From: Lama glama
Lineage: Eukaryota
DNA: 64,000 nt
Direction of reading: 5' to 3'
Assembly (NCBI GenBank): GCA_028534125.1
Contig: CM052816.1
Coordinates: 28,212,001-28,276,000 of the forward strand
Part shown: piece by piece, positions 51,760 through 64,000 of the stretch
Layout of the letters: the number at the start of each line of letters is the position of its first letter
How positions within the stretch are numbered: the first letter of the stretch is position 1
The notes under the pieces: generated by a model
Database searches by the model: none
Told to the model about the DNA's origin: nothing
What the model saw: only the letters and a program-made list of their open reading frames with translations
Translations under genes and position numbers: made by a program

Positions 51760-53655
51760 TTATAAAAACTATTTTATCTTCATGCCAAAATTAGACATAT
51801 ACTGCAAAAAAAAAACTGTTAGCCAATTTTACTTTTAAATTTTTATGCAAAAAGACAAAATAAAATATTAGCTAAATGAATTCAAAAATGCATAAAAATA
51901 AGTAGGGAAAATCATTACCAAGTATAATTTCATCACAGCAGTATAAAAGATGTTATAACCATGGGAAAATCCTTTAGGTAATTCACCAACATGAGCGATG
52001 AAAGATCAATCCCAAATAAATTATCATAATCATATATGCATAAAAATGTTTGTTAAAAGTTTAGCAATTCATAATCTTTTAAAAATCTCATAGCTAATAA
52101 GGAAGAAATTTAACTTCTTTAACTTATAAAGGATACCTGTCAAAAAAAACAAATCACATATAATGGCCATGTATCAGAAGATATCTCAAAAGTTAGGAGC
52201 AAGACATGAAAGCCTACTATTATCATCCTCTTCAACACTGTACTAGAAAACTTAGGTAATACAATAAAAGAGAGATTGAAAGATATATTAAGAATTAGAA
52301 TAAGAGAAAATGGTTATTGTTCACTTAATATGTTATACATTCATAAATCAATCCACGAGAACCTACAAATTATTACAACTACTTTATATATTTATAAAAG
52401 CTTATTACACAAAATCAGTCATTTTTCTATAAACCAGTTAGAAACATTTAGGAAACAGACATTTTAAGGGTTTTTATAATAAAAATAAAAACTACAGCAA
52501 TTGAGAATAAAATGAACAAAAATCATAAAATAATTGAAAACCTTTAAAAATGTTATAGAAGGACATCAAAGAAGACTTAAACTACCTTTACTGGATGGGA
52601 AAACTACAATAAAGGTAATGATATTCATATAATTAATCAAATCAATATCTAAATTGAGGTTGTCATAAAAATTTAAAAGTTTTCTCCAAATACATAAAGC
52701 TAAAACATTGAGAATAAAGAAAAGTATACTCATTATGATATTAAACTTTTTATTAAGTTTTATTTCAACCATATGGTATTGTTATAAGGATAAACAAATA
52801 AACCAATGGGCAAAATAAAGATCTAGTCAAATTCAGATACTTTGTATATGAAAGCTGGCATTACAAATCAGTAATGCAAACAAACCAGGAAAGGTACAAC
52901 TGAATCACTAGTTTACTTTATCAAAACAATTTACCATGTTACCATCATGTAAAATATGAAAAGTTGGGCCAAAAGGAGCTGCTTTATTAACTTTGGCAAA
53001 CAGTTTTTTGATTGGATGATACAACACAAGAGACAAAGAGAACTGTACATAAGCACCGGACTTTCGATGATAACCTTGGTTCTCACAGGGGCAAGGGCGC
53101 ACATTTCTGGAATTACTTTACGTGCATACTAGGTTTGGAAAAACAAATTATAGCTAAATGGAGTCAGTTTCTCATTGCCATTATCAGATAAAGAAGCTAC
53201 AAATAGGCAAGGGGTGACTTGTAAGGTGAATTAGATTCAGAGACAACAGTATGAACAAAGGTTTATGATATATGCATGTGAAAACATCACAAAAACCTAA
53301 ACTGACTCAAAATATAGCTACTTATTAATTCTAAAAAGTGTCCATGCCATGAAAAACAAGGAAATACTGAGAAACTTTCACAGATATAAAGAACTAAGCA
53401 CACACACAATCTAAATGCAATGCATTATCCAGAAGTGAATCTTGGAACAGGAAAAGTTATTAGCAGAAAAACTAATGAAATCCAAATAAAGTCTATGGTT
53501 TAGTTAGTACCACTGTACTAATGTTAATTTCTTGCTATTGATAAATATAGCATAATTACATAAGGCATTAACACATGAAGTGTATACTGGAAACCTCTGT
53601 GCTATCTTTGCAACTTGTCCCTAAATTTAAAATTATTTCAAATTAAACAGTTTAA
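51760..53655 (+). mobile_element. Old, heavily deleted LINE-1 (L1MC/MD-like)
   Basis: Degraded ORF2 (ttcaacactgtactagaa, ctggatgggaaaac) and 3' UTR (ctctgtgctatctttgcaactt...aaattatttcaaatt). Confidence 0.75.
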
Positions 53656-54536
53656 CAAAACAACTTAATTTCAACTTTACTTAACTCTCTGTTCTTCAGT
53701 TCCTCTAAAAGACACAGTAATAATAAATTCTATAAAACATGAATCTTACTTTTATCTAAGATATTTACATAGAGACAAAGTATCAGCAAACATGTTCACT
53801 TATTAAAAATTACATTATGAGAAATACGACCTCCCTATACAACCCACCTTCCCATCAAATGAGAATTGTGTTACTGGGCTATAAAATTAATTGCATGTTT
53901 TATTTTCCAGATTGGTTTTTTTTAAAAAGGACATCTCAATTTTTTTTCTAAATAACTGACAAATATTTCTGACCATAACTAAAACCTCTCTTTGTGTAAA
54001 GTAAATGGAAAACCTATAGTATTAAGTGATGGTGGTCATTTTTTTTAGCAATTTGTTCTTTCTCCTGTTCATTAACAGGGTATTTCATTTTGAGACATGT
54101 TTATGAAACAAAGTTTGATGTCTCACTATTTTTATTAAATAATCAAGACAATAATTATACAGCTAATCCTGAACAACACAAAGTCAAAATTAACCTCTAT
54201 TTGAATTTGTTTTATATTCTCTCATTTGAGTTGTATCTGTGTGTTTGTGTGTGTGCATGCATGTTGAGACTGTATAATAATTACAGGCATCCCATGAGAA
54301 GTCAGTAAATGAATATAGGAAAGAAAAAAGATTTGGGGTTTAATTGGTTCTCTGTTATGCAGGTAAGAGCCGAACCTCATATTAATTATTATTTTTTCCT
54401 GATTCAATCAATACTTTTTTTAATACTTCAAATATTTATCATGCAATGACTATCCTCTGAATTTTTATTATAAACATGAATCTTACTTTTATCTAAGACA
54501 TTCATGTAGAGACAAAGTATCAGCAAACATGTTTAC

Positions 54537-54790
54537 CGTATTTCCCCATTCTCATACATGCACAGCCTTTCCCATTATCAGCTTCCTTCACCAGAATGGT
54601 AGTTTTTTTTTCTTCTTTTTTTTTTTTTACCATGGATCAACCTATATTGACATACCATAATCACCCCAAATTTCATAATTTACACCTTAACATTCACTCT
54701 TAGTGTTGTACATTCTTTAGGTTTGGACAAATTTATGACATACATCCTTCACTACAATATCATACAGAATATTTTTCACTGCCCTAAACA
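54537..54790 (-). mobile_element. Internal fragment of an old L1 3' UTR (L1MC-like)
   Basis: caccagaatggta...cctatattgacatac...gttgtacattct...ttcactgccctaaa. Confidence 0.8.
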
Positions 54791-55264
54791 AATATTTTTA
54801 TAACTCCAACATTTCACCACTTGATAGTTCATGATCAAAAAAGTTGCAAATATTCATCTCCTTATGGGGTTTCCAACGATTTCTTCTAAGACCTGATAGA
54901 AATTATTAAACACTATTTAGAAGGATCTTCTTCTGATAAAATGAATGTACCTCTACTTGCCAATTTCCTTTGAAAGCATACATAGTATTTAAAATTATTT
55001 GCAAATCATCATGAACTAACTGGAAGATACAAAACTAAAATACTAGTTCAGATATGCATGAAGCCTTTCAAGGGGCTGCTTCTAAAATGTATTATTAATA
55101 CCAGTTATTTTATTATTAGCTTTTATTGAATCGTTGTGCTAGTGAATTTTTTCCTGAGAATTCTTTTTCTCTCTTTTTTTTTTTTTGTACTTTAAGGCCT
55201 TAAAATTAAACAAAGCTTTCCAGAGATGGTATTTATCTAGAGTCTGTGTCCAAATTCTTTTCAT

Positions 55265-55410
55265 ATGTTGTCTCAAAAGCTTCTTATGACCATTGCAACA
55301 AACAGGAAAGTATAATAATTCTCATTTTGTAGGTGAGGAAAAGGACTCAGATGTTATTTATTGCCTAAAGTCACACAACTAGTAAAATTCCTTAATCACT
55401 GAACACAGGC
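55265..55410 (-). mobile_element. MIR fragment
   Basis: ctcattttgtaggtgaggaaa...ttgcctaaagtcacacaactagtaa. Confidence 0.75.
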
Positions 55411-58400
55411 ACATCTTGATTGTACTCGTATTTATACAAATAAATAAAGGCAAGTAGGATAAGTGTTGTATTTTCTACCGAGTAATAAAAATACAGAGAT
55501 TAACTTGGAAACACAATCTTGAGTTTAGTTTACTTTCCCTCAAAGAAGCAACTCTTGATATCTCAAACTCCTTGAGTCTAAGATATCAAGAGGAACTGAT
55601 TCTAGAAAGAGGTAAGGGGAGAGCTCTGTCTTATCTTCAATTTTCCCTTTGGTTTACTGTACAATCTAAACTACATTTCCCTCACCTTTTTTTAATGGTT
55701 ACTTGTGGATTTCTATTTAGGTTCTGTCTAGACATGCAATTTATAATTATTCTAAGCTTTGCCCAAAGGGAATGAGTCTCTGGAGATATTCTGATTCCAT
55801 CTATCTCATTTGACTGGTAGGTTAGTGCTGCTTTCAGTTCAACTAGTTTCTGTGTGATGATACACATTTAACATCATCAAATCCTAGAGACTGCCATTTA
55901 AAGTAAGTAGAAAATATTTTGCAGATCCTTAATTAACTTAAGAAACTGACACTGATAACTTTGATTAAGACAGAATTTGTGTATTTCCATTCAAAAATCC
56001 TTTTTCTGCCTTCATATTGTTGCCCTTCTCAAATCTATTAGAATTTCCTACCATTTTTCTAGCAAAAACACTGGTATAGTCATTCAGCTAACAGAAATAA
56101 TCTGGGTTGACTGTTACTAGATACTCTCATGGAAAACAAAGAGAATGAAAGAGACAAAAATAATTTCACTACTTCCATGTATGCCTGATTTTCCTAAGAT
56201 TCAATATATGTTTTATTTAATGGTCTGAGCCCATTAGCTACTGAGGATTAAATCATTACAGTATCATTCGTTCATCTGCTAATTTTCCCTGGCTGACTCA
56301 AAATCCTGTTTTTAAAACTTCCATTTGGTTTTCACTTAAAAACTTTGTTTCTGGTGGTTGATCTCCTAAAACAATGCAAGTGCCATAAGAATATTTTGCC
56401 TCTCTTTGCAAGGCTTTGAGCTATCTGGAACAACCAATTATAATTGATCATTTAGCTTCTAGATGCCCACCCACCTCTTCTAACTTGTTCAACCTGCCAT
56501 TCTAGAGTCTGTGTGTAACAGACTGTAATGAGCCACATATTGCCTTGGAAGAACTCTGAAGATTAAATCCCACTTGAATCAAGGTATTAGTTACTTTTGC
56601 TTTCTTAGCAGAATTTCTGAAGAAGAAATGATGGAGAATAAATCTAGTTCTCAGGTGAAAATAAATGCCAACCAACAGAAGGCAGAAAGACTGAAATTAT
56701 TCCTCATGATGAATTGCATCAGCATCACACTGCTATCGACTAAGAACAGAAAGTTCTTTGGTGAACAGAATCTCAGAAAAGAAAAAGGAAAGAATAAAAG
56801 TCATTTAGGAAAAGTCGCAATTGGCTATTTCTTTCCTTCACCATTCACCCCCTCTTCAAATGATGTCATGTCCCACCTTCCTCTTGTTCTCATTTTCTAC
56901 ACTTCATGCTTAAAATTCTAAGGTAATGTATCTCAAGGCAGGAAAGCAGGTTGTGCTGTCAAGAGAGGAAGGGGAAAAGTTGCTAACTTGATTCTATGCA
57001 GCTGATAAGTGACAAGATGAGAAACATGTATGGAATTGACTTTCCTTCTAGGCTTCCTGTATTCCAGATAAACTCGTCCCACTGACAGGCTTTCTCCAAT
57101 GTGCTCCAGCCAGGGAACCCTGAACTCTGAGAAAGCATGACTCCAAGTATGTTGTCCAAAAGGCTAATTTGCTTTTCTCTTATCTACAGAAAATATTTTT
57201 TCTTTTTACTTAAAAAATGTTTTCCAGAATCAATAAATATGATATATATGTATGTTAAATTAATACAAATCAAATATAAAGGCTTTGATAGCTTCAAAAG
57301 TTCACACAGATAAAGTAATGAAGCCATAATACAGAATGCAGCCTGCCATGGTGGAAGACATAGGAACCAGAGCCTTGAGAGGCTGAAGAGAGAAAAGATG
57401 TCTTAAGAAGGCTGGAAATAACCTTCCAAAGTTCAGAAATGATCATGGATATTAAGACATGATCATTAAATCTTTAGAGCTGTAGAGATAGCTATTAGAG
57501 ACCTAAGATGTTTCCAACTTTCAGGCATATCAGGTGCCCTGGCTTTAAGGATTGCTGGAATTCTACAAATAAATAAAGGATTTATAAATAATATTTCAGA
57601 GACAGGTTACCAAATGTATGCCTAAACTGGCCAGGATGATGCCTGAAATTTCTCCAAAATAAATCTACTCTGTTGGCTTGATGCTGTATACCATTTTGTG
57701 TGGCTAAATTTTGTTTATGCTTTATCATTCCTAATAGTAAGACCAATGGGAGAAAAGAAAAGGGTGACAGCGAATGTGTGAGAAGTTGAGGGAAATGGAC
57801 CCCATTAATGTGAGAGAAAAAAAAAAAGGCAATGAATCCCGGAGGTGGTTTGACTACTTCCCAATTTGATGAGGACCTAAAGGGGCATCACCATTATATT
57901 CCAGTATTTTTTTTATTGTGCTAGAATTGAATGGTTAATTTAAAAAATACCTGATTAAGTTTTTTAAGTACCTGGTACTTCGAGCTATTATATTTGGAAA
58001 GGTAAGAGGAAAAGTGCTATACTACTATTAGTTATTTTTATTTCTCTTTGTATCCAGTGAAAAATTCCCCCCACAAAACCCTGGCCTATAAAACATATAG
58101 ATCCCATTTTTATCCTGAATCATATAGTAAGGCAAGAAAAGGCAATGAACACTGTCAGTGGATTTGCACAAATCCACACGAGTGAGTTGTTTATTTTACC
58201 AAAAAAATATTTTATTACAATGTATATTTATCATGTAACTGGTAAAGGTTTTATAACTATCATTACTTTGAATTCTAAAAAGATTACAAGCTAGCTTTAC
58301 AGCCTACTGGAAAATCACAATTTTGAATGACAGTCATAGGGAATACAATGCTGAAAAATTTTAAAGATACTATTCAGCCAGAGACACATGAGGCTTACTT

Positions 58401-61269
58401 GAAAATCTAAAAACTTCACTAGTTATTCTGAAGTTTTCAAGGTAAAATTACTAAACTTTCAAACAAAAATTGTGTGCAGCTCTAAGATGAAATTATATAC
58501 TATATTTTTGCAATATAAAAGTGGACTTCAGGAACAAAATCATTGCCCTTTTTGAAGGTATTTCTAGTATTACTATAAAATTGCAGAGATTATGCTTTCC
58601 CCTGCGTTGTATGAGTTTACTGTCAAAAGAACCTTAGAGACTGTATCATCCAGACCCCTCTGTGACCTTTTCTTTCATTTCAACCTTGTGTGTGTTAATA
58701 CACTTTAATACTGGAGTTGCATAGATATTTTGCAACTAAACATGTGAGCATTAAATGTACATGCTTGAAGACAAACCAAGCACATGCATTGTGACAACCA
58801 TTAAAATTGCGTTGCATTGCCTTCCTTTCTAATCACAGTAAGACGGCAGAGTAGGAAAGGTGATATTCACATGGCCAAGGACCAGATTTTCCTGTTTATA
58901 CAGAGAAATATGACAGTCCAAATACCATGAAGATCATTAGTTACTTTAGGTTCAATCCCACATTTCTTCTTTTTTTTTCTTGGGTTTTAGAACATATTCC
59001 ATCCATACTTCATAATTACTGAGAGCTAAGCTTTTTTAAAAAAGGAACTGAGTTTGTTCTTTCTGGGTTTTCATAATTTTGTTCATCTGTTCTTCTCCAT
59101 CAACACCTGTCCCTCAACCCTCTAGATGTATTTTTCTAGATTGGCATTATCCAAAATGATGTTACATAGCCATCCTATGTAGATCAGTTTCTGAGATCTG
59201 AGTTAGGAAAGGCTGTCTTCTACACTCTTCTCTCTTAAGAGAGTCACCATGCACACCCCCTATTGAAGAATCCGAGAAAATTAAGAAGAAATAAAACTTA
59301 TTTAAATACATTTTTCTCAAATGTATTTGATCACAACTTTTTTCCCCATAGCATACATGGAAATCTTAGGGGAAAATATAGTGATGGGGAATACTATGTT
59401 AGATTCTAATCTCTTGAACAGCTGCAACTCTTGACTACTGGCCTCTTATATGCAAACTATTCAGAAGGTATATTATTAACAAGAAGACAGTATTCAGAGC
59501 AGAGCCAGCATTCTTAATTACAGACTTAGAGAAGCTGTATGTTTAAATCCTTCATATCTAATAAGCATATACTGTAGTGGCTCAAGATGGCAATAGCCAG
59601 AGATTCTTCCACCAACACACAAAGGTTAATGAAGGCCTTTTAATTCTTTACTTATTTCATACAATTTATTTAGCACAGCTAACTCTTTTTTGTTACCCAC
59701 CTGGAGATTTTTCTATACAAAATAGAAGAAATCACAGAAATAAAGGAGTATAATGAGAACTAAATAATACAATTGTACCCTTTCAACTTAATGGCAAAGT
59801 TTGAGCAAATAAGTTATGTATTACTAAAGAATATTTTAAAAATAAAAAGCTCATTTAAGGTTAAGGGAACCCAGACCCAGATAAACAACTCCCTTAAGTC
59901 AGCCCCTTATGATCTATCACTAGTGAAATGACTGATTCAAAAATGGCAGGTCTTCTTAACAAATTAGCTTTGAGATTCCTGAAGAGGATACAGCATACTA
60001 GCTAGGAGACTTTCATGCCAGAATCCTGTCTGGCTCTAGACAGAATATATAGAATATGGACACAACACAACACACACACATATGCAAGCACACATATGTT
60101 GTGTATTGCAGATGAGCAGTTTTTGTATGCACAAAAAATGTTTCCCTTAGAGACAATCTGTTTCTATTTTGCACTGAATATGGTTCTAGCTATGAGCTCT
60201 CCTTAGAGAAAAATAAAGACCACTTTGAGCATCATTTCATTCTTTAACATAGTAAACTTCTTCCCATATCAGGATCATCAGGACTCTTCTTCCTCCTTCT
60301 CAAGCTCTTTTTTTTCAAGTTTTAGCATAAATATCTTTTTTTTTCCAGTATATTTTTTCCCAAAGTTACTTCTGGTGCCCATTTTATTCTTTCATTGAAT
60401 ACTCTATTTCTTATTTTGTAATACTTATTGCAACTATAATTCAATATTCCTGAAATTAAATATTTTATGATTGTCTCAGTATCTAAAATACCCATGTTAG
60501 GTTCATCAGTATGATCCCCAATCCTAGGATACCTAGCACATAGTAGGTCAGCAAAAACCATTTTTTAAATAAATAACAGAAGAGGGTAATTATGGAATCT
60601 TAGTTTTAGCCTAGATGAACATATTCTGAAAGATATTTTTGCCATAATTTTTATACTTTTATCATCCTCTGTTATTTCAGTTTTATCTAAGAGTGTTCAG
60701 TAACTCTCCTGTCTTCTTCTCAGAGAGATCTTTGTAGGTGAGACTAGTACATTCTTGCTATTACTTTTCAAACAAAATTATAATCCCCATGCTTTTTATC
60801 AGAAAGGGCCAGAGCAACTGCATCACTCTTCATTTTGTACAGCCTCCCAGTTAACTCTGACAGGAGCTTCTATCTCCTTTCCAAGAGAAAAGGTGTCTCT
60901 TGGCAGTTTCCAGTCCTTTCTCTTCCCAGTTATTCTCTAAAAATTACACTTGGAGGACTGCTGAGTCCAAGACAGAAAAGCGGAGATCAAGAATGACCTC
61001 TAACTTAAGGTTAAGCACCCTGTAAAGGGTAAGGCCATATTGTCAATGGTCTGTATAAATACGTAAATGTATATGCAAACAGTAAGAAAAAGACGGCATT
61101 ACTCATGTCTTTAAAAGAGACAGAAACTGAAACACAAGATATAAATAAGAAGATAATAGTTCTCAGAGCTCCTCAGATAATATGACTGAAAGATCCAAAT
61201 TATGAGGGGTATGCATTTATATAATTAGTGAAGAGGCAACTTTAACAAAAAACAATACAAAATTAAGTA

Positions 61270-62592
61270 GAAGACTGGCATAGGACAGACAAATAGACTA
61301 ATAGAAGAAAATTTACAGTGCAGAAATAAACCCAGACATTTACGGCCAATTGATTGGGGGGGGGGCAGGTAAAGAGTTTTGTTTGTTTGTTTGTTATTAT
61401 TATTTAAAGGAGGTACTGGGGATTGAACCCAGGATCTCGCTCATGCTAAAGATACACTCTACCATTGATCTATACCTTCCCCTCTAAGGCCAATTGATTT
61501 TTGACAAGAGTACCAAGGCTTTTCAATGGGAAAAGAACTGTCTCTTCAGCTAATAGTGCTGGTACAACTGGATTTCCACATGCAAAGGAATGAAATTGGG
61601 ATCCCTACTTACACTGTATGAAAAAACTAATTTACAATCAATCAATGACCTAAATATAAGACCTAAATCTATAAAACTACTAGACTAAAACCTAAGGGTT
61701 AATTTTTGTTACTTTGGTTTGGCAATGGCATCTTAGATATGACACTAAAAACAAGCAAAGCAACAAAAGAAAAAAAGACAAACTAGACTCCATCAAAAGT
61801 AAAAAAATTCTGTGCATCAAAGGACATGATCAAGAAAATAAAAAAGACAGCCTAGAGTATTTGTAAATCATGTATCTAGTAACGGTTTAATGTCTAGAAT
61901 TGTAAAGGACTTCTAAAGCTCAACTACAAAAGACACTCAATGAAAAAAATAGCTTAAAAATTGGAATAGACTAATGAAGATATACAAATGGCCAAAAGCA
62001 CAAGAAAAGATGCTCAAAATCATTAGTCATGAAGAAAAAGCAAATCAAAATCACAAAGAGATACCATTTCATACCAACAAGTTTGATTATAATAAAAAAA
62101 TCAGAAAATGTCAAGTGTTGGCTGTGATGTGAAAAATCTAGAACCATCACATGCTGCTGGTGGGAATGGTGCATTTATTGTGGAAAATAGTTTGATGGTT
62201 CTTTAAAAGTTAAACATACAGTTCGCCTATGATCCTGTAACTCTACTCCTACATACATATCCCAAATAATTGAAAACAGAGGCTGAAGGAGTTATTTCTA
62301 TATCAGTGTTATTTCAGCATTATTCACTAAATAGATAAAGGATGAATGGGTAAATAAAATGTGGTATATCCACACAATGGAATATTATCCAGCTATAAAA
62401 ACGAATGACTTCTGATACGCTACAATATGGATAAACCTTGAAAACCTAAGTGAAATAAACTAGAAAGAGAAAAATATTTTATAATTACACTGATATGAAA
62501 TATAAAAAATTGGAAAATTCCAACAGAATGTAGAATAGGGGCTACCAGGGACTGAGTTGAGGAAGCACTGAGGAGTTATTGCCTAATGGTTT
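61270..62592 (+). mobile_element. LINE-1 3' fragment (L1MB-like)
   Basis: ORF2 C-terminal text (gacaagagtaccaagg...caatgggaaaag; gaagatatacaaatggcc) and 3' UTR. Confidence 0.9.
61356..61484 (-). mobile_element. Camelid-type tRNA-derived SINE (vic-1-like) nested in the L1
   Basis: gaggtactggggattgaacccagg...ctctacca..ga.ctatacc, TSD ggccaattgatt (61344-61355 / 61488-61499). Confidence 0.88.
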
Positions 62593-63614
62593 TTCATGAC
62601 CCCAAACATAAATTCTGAATGACTACAGAATTACAGAATAGGCCATGTTTGTTTTCCCAAGGGACTTAATTTGTACCTCAGATACAGTTCGAGATTCCTT
62701 AGCAAACCCTTACTAAGGATTTAGTGGAATTCTTTGCCACATCCTCCTTGTATACATTTTAGTCTCTGAGAGGTTTCAAGATCTCACAGAAGGAAAGAGT
62801 TTTCATAAAAGCACTGAATGAAGTTCAAAGTGACCGTACAAAGCATCTAGTCCAGGTTTCTTTAAATTCAGTCATCTAAGATCCACCCTCACAGTGTTTC
62901 CATGTCCATACACTATTTTTGCTCTTACTCACTTATTTACTTTCCAGTTGTTTAATTAGCCATTCATGTGAGCTGCCGTGACACAATTCTATTCATAAAG
63001 TCACAGGTTTGAATTGAAGCTTATATTTTTTTCTCAGTGGACATTAAAATACATTTATGGCTCAAAAAAGAAAAAAGAGAGAGTCCTTCTTGGCCCAGGT
63101 AAAACTTGTCTTATGCCCTGTGTGCTGTTACAGTAGATGATGAAGCTAAGTATAGTGACTGGAGAAGAAGACTTTCACTGAGGAATTTAATGATAAAGGA
63201 GAAAGAAATGCCAGTGATGAAACTACATGGAAATCTTATTATTTTTCAAGGGCAAAGTAATTATCTTTTTATTAAAGAGAAGAGGTGAAAACAGCTGTGC
63301 CTGCATTTGTTTGTTTTCTTTTTTTCCTCTACAAATGCTTTTTTTCCAACAAGAATAATGCTATTCATTAGATTATAGCAATGTTTAGTGCACTCAGAAG
63401 TCATTTTAATCAAGTAGAAAAAAAATGAAATTAAGTAATAAAGAAAGGAAGTGAGGAAACCAGGCCCAGAGTTAATGAAGGACAGAAAAAAGATCTTGCT
63501 TTGGGCCCTTCCTCCCTGAATCCATCAAAACTTTCCCTCTCATTTCCCTAGTCAATCTCTACAGGTACTAACAACTATCCTATACTTCCTGAGCTGTATT
63601 TTTTACTTTTCTCT

Positions 63615-63715
63615 TCTATAGTCTATAAGCTCTGGGGAGCACAGAAGAGGCCTTATTCCATGGACAGCCCTGTTACCTGGAACCATGTTAAGTACATGAG
63701 ACTTGCTTAATATTG

Positions 63716-63720
<5 letters not shown>
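63615..63720 (+). mobile_element. L2 3' end fragment
   Basis: ctataagctctggggagcacag...cctggaaccatg...gcttaatattgttgaa. Confidence 0.55.

Positions 63721-63768
<48 letters not shown>
63720..63768. repeat. (TA)n microsatellite
   Basis: Read directly from the sequence; about 24 units. Confidence 0.97.
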
Positions 63769-63771
<3 letters not shown>

Positions 63772-64000
63772 AGGTATCTAGAGAAAAATTATTTTAACAC
63801 TTATTATTAATAATACTTAATAAAATGGAGAGTATTCCTAAAAATCAAAGCCCCCATTATAAGAAGTGAATGAGTACATATTTAATAGGAGGAAAAACAA
63901 GAGACATTTCTGTAAATTTATGTAAGACACAGCATTAGTCTACATTTAAATGAAGTGAGACAAGTGTTAGCAGACTCTCCACTATGATAATTGGTGTTAC

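Noticed and set aside
54343..54368. Plus-strand AG|GTAAGA recursive-splice-like motif (similar one near 27702)
   Set aside because: Isolated motif with no supported plus-strand host gene.
56574..56921. 115-aa plus-strand ORF with a nearby acceptor and donor
   Set aside because: No recognisable homology or partner exons, and a stop precedes the donor; compatible with chance.
61400..61484. tRNA gene (also 20640-20713)
   Set aside because: Degenerate cloverleaf with a SINE tail and TSD, so it is a tRNA-derived SINE.
1..64000. Prokaryotic systems (CRISPR, operons, defence islands), rRNA, NUMT or non-retroviral endogenous virus
   Set aside because: The sequence is mammalian and repeat-rich, with no spaced repeat array, long ORFs or recognisable motifs of these kinds.

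Overview
AT-rich, CpG-depleted mammalian DNA, most likely from a camelid, judging by two vic-1-like tRNA-derived SINEs. About half of the window is old repeats: L1s, an ERVL-class provirus, an ERV1 provirus with a decayed env, solo LTRs, hAT MITEs, MIR and L2. I found no intact protein-coding gene, and most ORFs in the track are repeat fragments or chance. The main hidden structure is a multi-exon fossil gene on the minus strand, about 20.2 kb down to 3.8 kb and continuing off the left edge. It has eight exons plus one tentative exon, all AG/GT-bounded, and their phases chain into one reading frame. It carries many stops consistent with C>T changes, frameshifts, and a twin-primed L1 inserted in its ~0.95 kb exon. 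The reconstructed N-terminal half looks by eye like several divergent RRM-type domains, followed by a K/S/E-rich region. I could not name it. Repeat family names come from remembered consensus sequences, not from a database search.
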